The notes below the pieces were generated by a model. That model was not told where the DNA came from. It did not search any database and was given only the letters and a program-made list of their open reading frames with translations. Below are positions 31,732 to 41,478 of a stretch of DNA of 64,000 bases, piece by piece. The translations under genes were made by a program, and so were the position numbers. The DNA is taken from IMG/VR virus record IMGVR_UViG_3300034283_002562; one strand, 5' to 3'. Position 1 is the stretch's first letter; each line of letters opens with the position of its first letter. The stretch is from an uncultured virus (IMG/VR IMGVR_UViG_3300034283_002562) (Duplodnaviria; Heunggongvirae; Uroviricota; Caudoviricetes).

Positions 31732-33047
31732 AGTTTTTCACCAGGGGTAAATCCTCTAAAACATTTGAATCTTGGAAACCGTAAGCTATAGGTACCGTCT
31801 CTGTTTTTAGTTATTGCATCAGCACGGATTTCAGCCAATTCACCAACAATTGTGTTACGGGACTGCCATATATCAAATCGAAGCTGGTCGCTAAACCCAC
31901 TGCCAACGTTAACCAAGATTTCTCTGCCATCGTCGATGCCTTTACATACCAGCGCACCTGTGGCTCCTTCATTTTTTCCAGTTCCTTCTTCGACACCTAC
32001 AATCTCCAAGGTTACTTCAATAAAAGGTTTTAATTTAAGCCATGCAACTGATCTTTTTAATTCATATGGCGCACTTGGGTCTTTTAACATAATCCCCTCA
32101 AACCCACCATCAATTGCTTGTTTGTTTATTTCTAAATATCGTTGTTTACCTTCAGTAGTATCCAAATCAACTAATTCTTGGCCAACTACCCTAACATTCA
32201 ATAATTTTAAAAATAAACCGTCATTCTCAAACCAGGTTTTTAATTGTTCTGATCTCGTCGATTGTGGTATATTACATACACCTTTTTCAAAATCTGCCAA
32301 TGGCAGCATATCGAAAAAATGAAGTACTGCATCGGATGTTTCCACATTATCTTTACGATACACTTGTTTCATCAAATCTTGAAACGATGAACTCATTATT
32401 TCGCCATCTAATACCATTGGCTCTGAGAATCGTTTAGCCAATGTAGACAATTGCATTTTAACAGTATCAAAATTATGCAATTCTTTTCCGTTTCTACTGA
32501 ACTGATCTACTTTCCCAGATGGATACATGATAGTAATTACCCGAACTCCATCAAGTTTTACTTCAATAAGTTTTTTACCAGTGACTTTTGTTTCATGATT
32601 AGCACTGTCATGTGCTAACTGACAACTGAAAACTGGTATTAAATATTTATTATATTTTTTTACAGCTTTGTTGATTGTTTTATCACTGACACCACACCGC
32701 AAATCTTTAATTAGAATTCTGCGATACCAATTATTCCACTGTTCTTTAGTGGCGGTATTCATCAGTTCGTTTACTGCATCTCTAGCAGCGTTGCCAGTGC
32801 ATGAACGATCAATAAAAGTAGAAACAGTGTTAAAAAAATCATCCCAAGCAAGTCCAGGTCCTGTTTCATCGGATTTCTCCCCAACTTGTTTAATACCAAA
32901 TGTAACAGTTGAATCTAACGCAAGTTTGCATCCAGTAAAGAATACATCATTAGATTCAATTGCTTCTTCATTGATAATTGATTCTTTTGCTAATCGGCTG
33001 TTGTCTGCTTCAAGCAAAGACATCACCATCCATGGTTCTCTCATCAT
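31728..33047 (-). CDS. lig: ATP-dependent DNA ligase
   Basis: EVKLDGVR, DGE, EGIMLK, WLKLK and SLRFPRF motifs. Confidence 0.93.
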   Translation of the reverse strand: MMREPWMVMSLLEADNSRLAKESIINEEAIESNDVFFTGCKLALDSTVTFGIKQVGEKSDETGPGLAWDDFFNTVSTFIDRSCTGNAARDAVNELMNTATKEQWNNWYRRILIKDLRCGVSDKTINKAVKKYNKYLIPVFSCQLAHDSANHETKVTGKKLIEVKLDGVRVITIMYPSGKVDQFSRNGKELHNFDTVKMQLSTLAKRFSEPMVLDGEIMSSSFQDLMKQVYRKDNVETSDAVLHFFDMLPLADFEKGVCNIPQSTRSEQLKTWFENDGLFLKLLNVRVVGQELVDLDTTEGKQRYLEINKQAIDGGFEGIMLKDPSAPYELKRSVAWLKLKPFIEVTLEIVGVEEGTGKNEGATGALVCKGIDDGREILVNVGSGFSDQLRFDIWQSRNTIVGELAEIRADAITKNRDGTYSLRFPRFKCFRGFTPGEKL

Positions 33048-33205
33048 TAATCCTTAATTGTCTGGTCTACCTAAAATCAACAGCATCAACGCCGCTATTA
33101 CTGGTGATAAAAATACACTAATTATAAACCACCATAATCCGCTGCGTCCACGGTTGTCAGCCCCGAATGCAACTATCACACTAAATAAAAGCCAAAGCAT
33201 CATAA

Positions 33206-33796
33206 TTATTTTCTCTTTGTAATAATTTCATCAATCAACCCATACGCAAGTGCTTCTTCGGCAGACATGAATTTATCACGTTCCATATCCAAAGAGAACT
33301 CGTCAAACGTTTTACCTTTACTGTTATGATCAACATAGATCTGGGTTAAGTTCTTTTTCATTTTCAAGATTTCTTCAACTTGAATTTGCATGTCAGTAGC
33401 TTGCCCACCAGCACCACCACTCGGTTGATGAATCATATGCCTAGCATTTGGAAGCATGAATCTTTTTCCAGGGGCACCAGCAGTTGCTAATAAAGATCCC
33501 ATTGAACATGCTTGACCCATGACAATTGTACTTACATCTGGTTTGATGAATTGCATTGTGTCGTAGATAGCCATACCTGCAGTAACCACACCACCTGGAC
33601 TGTTAATAAAGAAGTTAATGTCTTCATTCCCTTGACTTTCTAAAAATAAAAGTTGAGCAACAATCACACTAGCAGAATGCTCATTCACGCCTGTATCAAG
33701 CATGATGATCCGATCTTTCATCAATCTGCTGTACAGGTCATACGAACGTTCACCTCGGGCTTCTTGTTCTACTACCATTGGGATTAAACTAGGCAT
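33206..33796 (-). CDS. clpP: ATP-dependent Clp protease proteolytic subunit
   Basis: DLYSRL, INSPGG, ACSMGS and MIHQP motifs. Confidence 0.95.
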   Translation of the reverse strand: MPSLIPMVVEQEARGERSYDLYSRLMKDRIIMLDTGVNEHSASVIVAQLLFLESQGNEDINFFINSPGGVVTAGMAIYDTMQFIKPDVSTIVMGQACSMGSLLATAGAPGKRFMLPNARHMIHQPSGGAGGQATDMQIQVEEILKMKKNLTQIYVDHNSKGKTFDEFSLDMERDKFMSAEEALAYGLIDEIITKRK

Positions 33797-33809
33797 ATTT
33801 GTTCCTTTG

Positions 33810-34112
33810 TTATTGTATGTTAAAGTTAATAGTAAGTGATGTCAGCCTGTCCCATGAGAAAGATCTCCATGCAGAGTTATCCAAATCGTAGACCGGTAAA
33901 ACATTCTCATTAATTATACGCTCTTTCTTCGGTGTGTCAACTGATTTTTCAATTTGTGGAATCAATGATGTATCCAAGGTGCATTTCATTTCCCGACTAG
34001 TACCATCCAATTTCAAAAATGAAATATTAACAGTACCGTTTTCCAAACAATATTTTACGCATTCTTTGAATTGTTCTCTATCTTCTGATGTCATTTCATT
34101 TATGGTCATCAA
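33810..34112 (-). CDS. WYL-like SH3 beta-barrel protein
   Basis: F.K.DG..REMKCTL...[12 protein letters not shown]. Confidence 0.7.
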   Translation of the reverse strand: MMTINEMTSEDREQFKECVKYCLENGTVNISFLKLDGTSREMKCTLDTSLIPQIEKSVDTPKKERIINENVLPVYDLDNSAWRSFSWDRLTSLTINFNIQ

Positions 34113-34266
34113 TTTCTTTCTCCGTGAGTTGTTTAAAATTTTCTAATTCTGATTCAAGATACCCAACTTTAGCTTCTAATTCATCAATATAAGTCGCAAT
34201 TAGCTCATAAAATGAAGTAGAATTTGAAGTTGTTTGTCGTAGTAATGCACTTATAGTGTTAGACAT

Positions 34267-35124
34267 TTAAATCTCCAATAAAATATTTGGGTCCCAACCA
34301 GTGTTTTCGTTGTATCTTTCGTTTTCATACCCCCTAGGATTGCATACCACTCTAGTTCCGCCAATCATATAATCGAACGGAGAGTGAGTATGCCCATGAG
34401 TAAATAAAATTATTTCTGGATTATCCAAAATGAATTCACTCAAGTCACTGTGATATCCACCATTCATTTCATGATCTGTGGCGTACCGTGGATGTATACT
34501 TAAATGACTTGGACTATGATGAGTTACCATCACAAATTTTTCAACGCCGTTATCTTTTAATTCTTTGATTGTTTTTTTAAAATAGTTTAGGGTTTCATTA
34601 TGCCTAGTCACGGTATCTTCCGGTCGTATTTTACGATACCCAGATCTATCATGTTTAATCATATGATAATCATTCATGCTAGCTTTCAACATGTACATGG
34701 TCATATGATCCATTTTGTTACAATCAGTCCACAATGTTCCACCAATAAATGCGATATTATCAATTATTGTATAATCTTTTTCCAAGAAAAAGATATTTGG
34801 ATATTGGCGACATTCTTCATAAAGATATTCAATACCTGCATAGAATTTCCCACCGTATAATTCGTGATTACCGGCTACATATACTACTTTAGGAAAATCA
34901 GAGCTAACCTGTTTTAAAAAAGTTCTAAATCGATCAGCTGCATCCATCCTATGACTATATTTTTCCATTGCGCCATATTCGTATGGATCAGGTGCTGGAA
35001 AATCATGTAGATATTCAGCAATCATTATATCACCAGAAAGAATCAATACATCATAATCTTTATCATTAGGAATGACAAGATTTGAGAATTCTAAATGGGC
35101 ATCACTTACTAGTTTTATTTTCAT
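34267..35124 (-). CDS. calcineurin-like metallophosphoesterase
   Basis: SDAHLE, GD, GNHE and HGHTH motifs. Confidence 0.88.
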   Translation of the reverse strand: MKIKLVSDAHLEFSNLVIPNDKDYDVLILSGDIMIAEYLHDFPAPDPYEYGAMEKYSHRMDAADRFRTFLKQVSSDFPKVVYVAGNHELYGGKFYAGIEYLYEECRQYPNIFFLEKDYTIIDNIAFIGGTLWTDCNKMDHMTMYMLKASMNDYHMIKHDRSGYRKIRPEDTVTRHNETLNYFKKTIKELKDNGVEKFVMVTHHSPSHLSIHPRYATDHEMNGGYHSDLSEFILDNPEIILFTHGHTHSPFDYMIGGTRVVCNPRGYENERYNENTGWDPNILLEI

Positions 35125-35255
35125 TAAGTATTTTCTCCCTGTATTCAAGCCAATTAGTCATCCAATCTATGTGAGCTTGAACCAAATCTGGCCTGGAAGC
35201 AAGTATAGGCGTCCATAATTTATAATACAATGAATAAACCCACCAATGATAAAAT

Positions 35256-35453
35256 CTAATTTTCATTATCGTCTTCCTCGTCATATGGTTCAACTGACAA
35301 CACATTTGCCGCATCAGCGGCAATTGTACTGTGTGATATAGCAACGTTCGCCAACTTATCAGCAATACCTTTAGGCTGGCAATCAACTGGTAATGATTCA
35401 ACATCATAGTTACCAAAATCAACTATTGCTTCTATTACAATTTTATATTTCAT
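35256..35453 (-). CDS. hypothetical protein
   Basis: ORF after a sigma70-like promoter. Confidence 0.5.
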   Translation of the reverse strand: MKYKIVIEAIVDFGNYDVESLPVDCQPKGIADKLANVAISHSTIAADAANVLSVEPYDEEDDNEN

Positions 35454-35495
35454 TGTTAATTATACTCGCATTATCGTGTTCTGTCAACATAAACT

Positions 35496-35732
35496 TCATA
35501 GACGGTATGTAATGCGACCTTTATTAAGGTCATATGGACTGGTTTCAAGTTTCACCTTATCACCTTGTATGACTCGGATTTTATGTTGTTTGAGTTTTCC
35601 ACCCAAATAGCATATTAAAATGTGATTTGTATTTTCAATTTGAACTTTAAACATATTACCTGGTAATACGTCGTTGACCATACCGGTCATTTCTATCATA
35701 TCTTCTTTACTCATGTGTTTGGATTTATCCAC
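35496..35732 (-). CDS. infA: translation initiation factor IF-1
   Basis: SKEDMIEMTG.V...LP..MF.V...IRVIQGDKV..E.SPYDL.KGRITYR. Confidence 0.92.
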   Translation of the reverse strand: MDKSKHMSKEDMIEMTGMVNDVLPGNMFKVQIENTNHILICYLGGKLKQHKIRVIQGDKVKLETSPYDLNKGRITYRL

Positions 35733-35739
35733 TTTTCTC

Positions 35740-36189
35740 CTAATTATCTTTGACTACTATCCACCCAAGTGAACGCAGATCATTTTTTATTTCGTCAGTA
35801 ACTCTGCCTTCTGGTACATAACCAATCGGCAGTGGAAATTCATCATCTTGATTTTCACTTCCTATACCAGAAGAATACCAATCCATATAATCACCGGTGC
35901 CGATAATGTCAGCAACAATGCTACCAGCAGATCGCCAGCTCACACTCCAAAATTTTGTTGCTAGCATATCCCAGGTATTATCGGATTGAATGAACCTATT
36001 GTTACAAAATGCAGCATATAAGTTTTGTGCGTAAACTTCTGAGTTACGAACTTTCTCTAGCATCCATTCAGAATGCAATATATGATGTTCTAAATCTTTG
36101 TCATTAAATTCTTCAGATGGAAGTATAAAATTTTCATCATCATTTAATGCGGAAAGTATATCCTGTAATCTTTGATTATCCTTATTCAT
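35740..36189 (-). CDS. hypothetical phage protein
   Basis: ORF. Confidence 0.7.
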   Translation of the reverse strand: MNKDNQRLQDILSALNDDENFILPSEEFNDKDLEHHILHSEWMLEKVRNSEVYAQNLYAAFCNNRFIQSDNTWDMLATKFWSVSWRSAGSIVADIIGTGDYMDWYSSGIGSENQDDEFPLPIGYVPEGRVTDEIKNDLRSLGWIVVKDN

Positions 36190-36191
36190 TA

Positions 36192-36518
36192 TTACTTATG
36201 AAATTCTCCCTGGAAACAATGGCGCATCTCATGCCCAATTGTCCACATATCAACAGTTTTAGATGTTATCACGTGACATACATACTGTTTACTTTTATTT
36301 TGAAATCTGAACGAACATGCATCAATTGCATATCCAAATCCAGCATTACCATACTCTTTACTTTTAGCTTCACATGCAGCTTGGATATTGTCTGCATAAT
36401 CCCAAACCATAATTGTTTGATTTGTAAAATTCTTTGATGCTGAGAACTTATCATATGGGGTCTCACAGTATGCAACCGATGAGAATAAAGCAATTAGCAA
36501 AGTGATTTGTAATTTCAT
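36192..36518 (-). CDS. secreted hypothetical protein with HExxH motif
   Basis: Signal peptide; GHEMRHC. Confidence 0.6.
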   Translation of the reverse strand: MKLQITLLIALFSSVAYCETPYDKFSASKNFTNQTIMVWDYADNIQAACEAKSKEYGNAGFGYAIDACSFRFQNKSKQYVCHVITSKTVDMWTIGHEMRHCFQGEFHK

Positions 36519-36575
36519 TGTGTATAGGTGTGTAAAATGACTGATATATAATTATATATCAGTCATTGAAGATTA

Positions 36576-37469
36576 TCAAGCAGTTTCTAAAAAATTTCTA
36601 ACCCACGCTAACCGTTCTTGCTCAGAAAGATTATAAAATTCTTCAATGTTAGCTTGAATGTGATCTATGAGTGGATAATATTCCTCATCGACTTTTTGTT
36701 TCACACCTGGTGACATTAATTTACCAGTAGTTGGATTTCGTGATACAAATTTTTTTACCAAGTAATATGGGCTTTTAATTTTAGCACTACGACCATCTTC
36801 TGTATAAAAAACAAATCCTTCATGCTTCACATGTTTAACCATGTTACGCAATGTACCAAACTGTAAATGATGGGACCCAATAGTATGGCATCCAAACTGG
36901 TTTGCTAAAATATAAAGAGTATCCAATTCATATTGTACATCACTTTCCCATGAATTTTCACGGTAACCCAAAAGATACATACCGATATCTTCTGGTATGA
37001 TGTGTGGATCATTTTGATGAACACATTCAAACATGAATGTGAACCCACTCCATCGTTTACAAATATCTCGATATCTATTTTTGTCAATTAATTCCAATGC
37101 CATTTTCACGTAATCAGAATCAGTTGAGCCGGTAGTAGACACTAGAATATCATTATCATACCATGTGATAGCCACCATGAATCCATTGACTTTACGAAAT
37201 GCAGTAACTAATGTTGATGGAGATATAATAGGCGCTCTATCTTCAATACCATAGTTATAAATCTTTGTGAATGATCTTGAAACAACATTATATTCATCAT
37301 CAACCAATGTACCACGACATTCTTCAAGATAATTATTCCACAAGTTATCGTAAAATACTCGTTTTTTGTATTTCAGTACATATACACCAGGATAAGATGT
37401 GGTTTTGCGTGAAACCAACTGTGAATTAGTTTCAACAAATTTTTTAATATCATCTTTCATTATTTCCAC
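36576..37469 (-). CDS. RNA ligase, T4 Rnl1-like
   Basis: ECRG, KVNG (motif I), TFMFE, EGFV and KIKSPYY motifs. Confidence 0.82.
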   Translation of the reverse strand: MEIMKDDIKKFVETNSQLVSRKTTSYPGVYVLKYKKRVFYDNLWNNYLEECRGTLVDDEYNVVSRSFTKIYNYGIEDRAPIISPSTLVTAFRKVNGFMVAITWYDNDILVSTTGSTDSDYVKMALELIDKNRYRDICKRWSGFTFMFECVHQNDPHIIPEDIGMYLLGYRENSWESDVQYELDTLYILANQFGCHTIGSHHLQFGTLRNMVKHVKHEGFVFYTEDGRSAKIKSPYYLVKKFVSRNPTTGKLMSPGVKQKVDEEYYPLIDHIQANIEEFYNLSEQERLAWVRNFLETA

Positions 37470-38008
37470 CCATGAGTTCTAATACCACTGGTTAATGCAT
37501 CATTTACAATGTCATCCAATAATGATACTACATTCCCAGTCGCGTCAAATCCAACATCGCGTACTCGACAATGTGTTAATCCACTAGGATTCCCATGTAA
37601 GTGGCCATGAAGCATGATTGATCCATGATGACATTGATTCCATTCAGAAATAGGATAATGCATCATACAAATTTTATGACCATTGTGTTTGATTTCATGG
37701 TATGTATAAACTGCTTCAAAACAATTCCTAAATTCATCATTTTCAACTAATCGACTATCATGATTTCCTTCAATAAGAATTTTACGACCATTCAGTGCAC
37801 GTACATGGGAAATTGCTTTTGATGGTTTGCAAAATGCAACATCCCCCAATATATAAACCAAGTCAGTAGGGGAAACTTTTTCATTCCATATGTTTTTCAT
37901 TTCTGAATTCATATGTTCGATATCATTAAATACACCCCGAGTAGCAGGATTATATTTCAGGATATTAGCATGATCGAAATGTAAATCAGATGTTATCCAA
38001 CTGTTCAT
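37460..38008 (-). CDS. metallophosphoesterase
   Basis: TSDLHFDH, LGD, GNHD and HGHLH; overlaps the RNA ligase gene. Confidence 0.88.
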   Translation of the reverse strand: MNSWITSDLHFDHANILKYNPATRGVFNDIEHMNSEMKNIWNEKVSPTDLVYILGDVAFCKPSKAISHVRALNGRKILIEGNHDSRLVENDEFRNCFEAVYTYHEIKHNGHKICMMHYPISEWNQCHHGSIMLHGHLHGNPSGLTHCRVRDVGFDATGNVVSLLDDIVNDALTSGIRTHGWK

Positions 38009-38057
38009 GAGAGTTCCATATGTAATTAAATAAAAAAATTATTGTATCACGCTATTT

Positions 38058-38294
38058 TTATTTGTCAATTACTTTCAAATTTAAAATTCGATCCATTGCA
38101 AATATGTAGCAGTGTTTAAATTCCTCGCCGGTTGGACAGGGTTTTGTCAATTCAGCTAAATTATTACACACATCTGCACACTCGTCAATTGTTTTGTTGC
38201 GAATTTCTGTTATTAGTTGATTAAGTTCTCGTGTATTAAATACGTAGCCATGTTCCCGCTCATTAAATGAATCTAGATTATCAAGTATGCTCAT
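38058..38294 (-). CDS. hypothetical protein
   Basis: Likely start MSILDNL. Confidence 0.5.
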   Translation of the reverse strand: MSILDNLDSFNEREHGYVFNTRELNQLITEIRNKTIDECADVCNNLAELTKPCPTGEEFKHCYIFAMDRILNLKVIDK

Positions 38295-38535
38295 AATTAC
38301 TCCACTTTTCCACAAATTGTGTAAATTGCTCATTTGTCATGAAATGCAACGTATTAACACCAGATCTGTACGCATATAAAGGGTTTAGCATTCCACCAAA
38401 TCGTTGCAATTCGTGGTAAGTTAATGAAACCATCGCCGAGTAATTGCTGTTTGTGCTTTTTAGTACATATGATTGGAAATTAGACCAGTAAATAGGCTGT
38501 GTTTTATCTGTGAATTCTACTTTAATACCGTACAT
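38281..38535 (-). CDS. hypothetical protein
   Basis: ORF. Confidence 0.55.
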   Translation of the reverse strand: MYGIKVEFTDKTQPIYWSNFQSYVLKSTNSNYSAMVSLTYHELQRFGGMLNPLYAYRSGVNTLHFMTNEQFTQFVEKWSNYEHT

Positions 38536-38543
38536 ACATCACC

Positions 38544-39344
38544 TTATCGAATTTTTAACATTGTTTCATATGAATAATTACATTCCATATATTTTGACGG
38601 TGTTTTTAGATATGTTTCTGCTAAATCACCATCACGTTTTGGAAGAATTTTCACATCAAACTCGGATTTATTAACTTTTTTATAAGTTTCTATAATTTGT
38701 TTAACAGATCGAGGGTCACCATATGCCAAATTTTCAATATTATTAGCCGGGTTACCTATTGCATTAATAATTCCGAGACAAATATCATTTACATGGATGT
38801 ATTCCCTAATACAAGTTCCATCAAAGGTATCATAATCATCCCCATACAAGTTGATATACCCACGTTCCTCTGCTTTAACCAAATTATAGAATAACCCATC
38901 TGGATTAGTTGGTTCAAAACCATCAGAACCAATGACATTATAAAATCTGAAGATTGTATAGTCAGTTTTATTAACTCTTGCATACTCCTTGACTATATCT
39001 TCCGCTGCTCGTTTAGACAACCCGTAAGGTGATCCTGGGTTTTCAGCAGCACCAGTACTTGCAAATATAAAATGCTTATATTTAACCTTACTCAAGACAT
39101 TATTCGTACCATTTATGTTGGTATTATAATATATTGTTGGTTTATCAACAGATTCACCCACTTTAACTAATGCAGCTAGGTGGATAACCGTATCCACCTC
39201 AATTTCCGGCACATTGTAGGTAATATCCACGATATTGTCAACTTTATCAATGCCTATAACCTCAATTCCACCAATTTGTTCCAGCATTTTACACAAATGC
39301 TGACCAATATATCCTTTATATCCTGTTACAAGTATCTTTCTCAT
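38544..39344 (-). CDS. NAD-dependent epimerase (GalE-like)
   Basis: LVTGYKGYIG, HLAA and YGLSK motifs. Confidence 0.88.
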   Translation of the reverse strand: MRKILVTGYKGYIGQHLCKMLEQIGGIEVIGIDKVDNIVDITYNVPEIEVDTVIHLAALVKVGESVDKPTIYYNTNINGTNNVLSKVKYKHFIFASTGAAENPGSPYGLSKRAAEDIVKEYARVNKTDYTIFRFYNVIGSDGFEPTNPDGLFYNLVKAEERGYINLYGDDYDTFDGTCIREYIHVNDICLGIINAIGNPANNIENLAYGDPRSVKQIIETYKKVNKSEFDVKILPKRDGDLAETYLKTPSKYMECNYSYETMLKIR

Positions 39345-39494
39345 TATTCCTCTTTTTTATGTTTATGTTCTACACTAATACATGTAAAAACCTTGTTACC
39401 AACATAGAATTTACCCAATTTTTCACATTCGGTTGCAATAATGTTGTGTGCATATATCCACCCAACGAACATACCTAGTAAAAATAGTATCATT

Positions 39495-39959
39495 TTACCC
39501 ACCATACCATATTTCATCAAATCCCTCCGCTAATGTAGGAATTTCCAAAGATGATTTCATTCTACACAATGTGTTATATGAAATGGATTTACCAGGACGC
39601 GAATTTAATCGTATGGTTAATTCAGCTTCATCCGGTACTTTAAAAAAAACTGCTATTTTATAATAATCAGTAAATTTTGCAAGTTTTTTCTTACGTACTT
39701 TTGCTGATGTATTGGTTTGATCCCAGATTACATCTTTATTGTTTGATATTGCATTAATTACATCTTGCTTTACCAATTTTTCGGCAATTTTGATGTATTT
39801 TCTATATACTTCGTCATGAGTTTTTCCAACACTGATGGCATACTTATCAATATGATTATCACTGCTGATATAAAATGCATCTTTAAGCCAATCTTGATTA
39901 TTAACCCAAGTACTTTTTCCAGAACCAGGTATACCTATCATCATGTACAGTTTTTTCAT
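39495..39959 (-). CDS. P-loop kinase (AAA_33 / polynucleotide-kinase-like)
   Basis: GIPGSGKST, ISSD and DQTN motifs. Confidence 0.8.
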   Translation of the reverse strand: MKKLYMMIGIPGSGKSTWVNNQDWLKDAFYISSDNHIDKYAISVGKTHDEVYRKYIKIAEKLVKQDVINAISNNKDVIWDQTNTSAKVRKKKLAKFTDYYKIAVFFKVPDEAELTIRLNSRPGKSISYNTLCRMKSSLEIPTLAEGFDEIWYGG

Positions 39960-39974
39960 TTATTTGGTACCTCA

Positions 39975-40352
39975 TCATGTTATCGATACCACCACACTGT
40001 TACGAATAACGATAGTGTAAGTATCTCGATTAATTTTTCCATTTTTCATAAACTTAATTGCGGCCTTTGTGTTAGCATCCATAATCTCAGTAACAATCGG
40101 GTCAATCTCAATACCTTTAACCCGTTCTAAATATCGGATGATAGCATGCTCAGAAACGATTGGTTCTTTTTCTGTTTGTTCTTCTAATAGAGTGTTGTAT
40201 TGAGTTTGTATTGCATTCAGTTTATTGCGAATTTTTGCTAATTCAGCTTGTTTTTCCGAAACTTCTTTCCCCATAACTTCAGATTCGGCGGTCAACTTAA
40301 CAATCTGTGTTTTTAAACTTTTTAATTCGGTTGAACTTTTGTAGTTGGTCAT
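39975..40352 (-). CDS. hypothetical coiled-coil protein
   Basis: VSEHAIIRYLERV motif; likely start MTNYK. Confidence 0.6.
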   Translation of the reverse strand: MTNYKSSTELKSLKTQIVKLTAESEVMGKEVSEKQAELAKIRNKLNAIQTQYNTLLEEQTEKEPIVSEHAIIRYLERVKGIEIDPIVTEIMDANTKAAIKFMKNGKINRDTYTIVIRNSVVVSIT

Positions 40353-40419
40353 TTTATTACACCGTTTATCGAAAATGTAATTATATATGGCCAAGTGTGG
40401 AATGTCAATAAATATTTCA

Positions 40420-40503
40420 ATGAGTACATTAATAAAACCATTAGAACCCAGAGAAATTTTGAAAAGATTGCGGTCATCTGCAAAAAAGAGAGGAATTGAG
40501 TAG
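40420..40503 (+). pseudogene. N-terminal remnant of a disrupted HNH-type endonuclease
   Basis: ATAAATA, then MSTLIKPLEPREILKRLRSSAKKRGIE*. Confidence 0.55.
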
Positions 40504-40553
40504 GTTCAATGAAGGCGATTAGAGTGACGGTTTACAAGTTTAGTTGAGTTTGC

Positions 40554-40633
40554 ATAAATACATCATACAGTGTTAGTCGCAGATTGCCGTCTCACTAACT
40601 CTAGTCATTCTTTCATTAATTACAGGAACTAAT
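40554..40633 (+). promoter_or_regulatory. late-type promoter plus conserved structured leader
   Basis: ATAAATA, GTTAGT/ACTAAC stem with inner AGA/TCT stem. Confidence 0.6.
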
Positions 40634-41344
40634 ATGACCAGCAATACTATTTATACCCCATTTACTTATTGTATTACATTTACAATAACTGGACAGAAAT
40701 ATTACGGTGTTCGATATGCAAAAAACTGTCATCCAATGCAATTATGGACAACATACTTTACGTCATCAGTTACTATTAAAAATTTAATTATTTTATATGG
40801 GAAGGATGTATTTTTGTACGAAATACGAAAAACATTTTCTTCTGCAGCTGATGCTCGTAATTATGAACATAAATTCTTATCAAAAATAAATGCTGCAAAG
40901 AATCCAAAATGGTTAAATTCATCAAATGGCAGTGGTAAGTTTCATTGTACTCCAGAAAGTTCGGCGAAAGCTGGATTTAAACATAGAGGAAGAACAATCT
41001 CGGTTGAAACAAGAGAAAAGATAAGAAATTCGTCTAAAGGAAGACAAAATGTAAGAAAGGGGAAATGTGGAGTAGTATCGAATGAAACTAAATTAAAAAT
41101 TTCTGCTTCTTCGAAAGGAATATCAAAACCCTCAAAAACAATATGTTGTCCATATTGTTTTTTAGAAATTAAAGGTGCATCAAATGCTAAAAGATGGCAT
41201 TTTGAAAATTGTAAAAAACATCCAGATTATATAAAGCCGGTTGCACTACAAAAACCAATGATTCATTGTCCATTTTGTAGTTCTTCCAGTTCTAATAGAT
41301 TAAATATGCAACGATGGCATTTTGAAAATTGTAAAAATAAGTAA
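40634..41344 (+). CDS. GIY-YIG-like homing endonuclease
   Basis: FTYCI..TGQKYYGVR..YFTSS; C-terminal CPxC...RWHFENCK repeats. Confidence 0.8.
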   Translation: MTSNTIYTPFTYCITFTITGQKYYGVRYAKNCHPMQLWTTYFTSSVTIKNLIILYGKDVFLYEIRKTFSSAADARNYEHKFLSKINAAKNPKWLNSSNGSGKFHCTPESSAKAGFKHRGRTISVETREKIRNSSKGRQNVRKGKCGVVSNETKLKISASSKGISKPSKTICCPYCFLEIKGASNAKRWHFENCKKHPDYIKPVALQKPMIHCPFCSSSSSNRLNMQRWHFENCKNK

Positions 41345-41355
41345 TTACTTATCTT

Positions 41356-41457
41356 TATTTAGCAGACAACATTGAAATTATATCTTTTAGAGCAAATAGG
41401 GCCAAGAATAATTTATCTGCTGATGAATTGAAAAAGTTTAGCCAATATTTTGGCTAA
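41356..41457 (+). pseudogene. C-terminal remnant of a disrupted HNH-type endonuclease
   Basis: YLADNIEIISFRANRAKNNLSADEL reads like the N...N..K end of HNH endonucleases. Confidence 0.6.
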
Positions 41458-41478
41458 ACTTTTCACAATGATGATACG

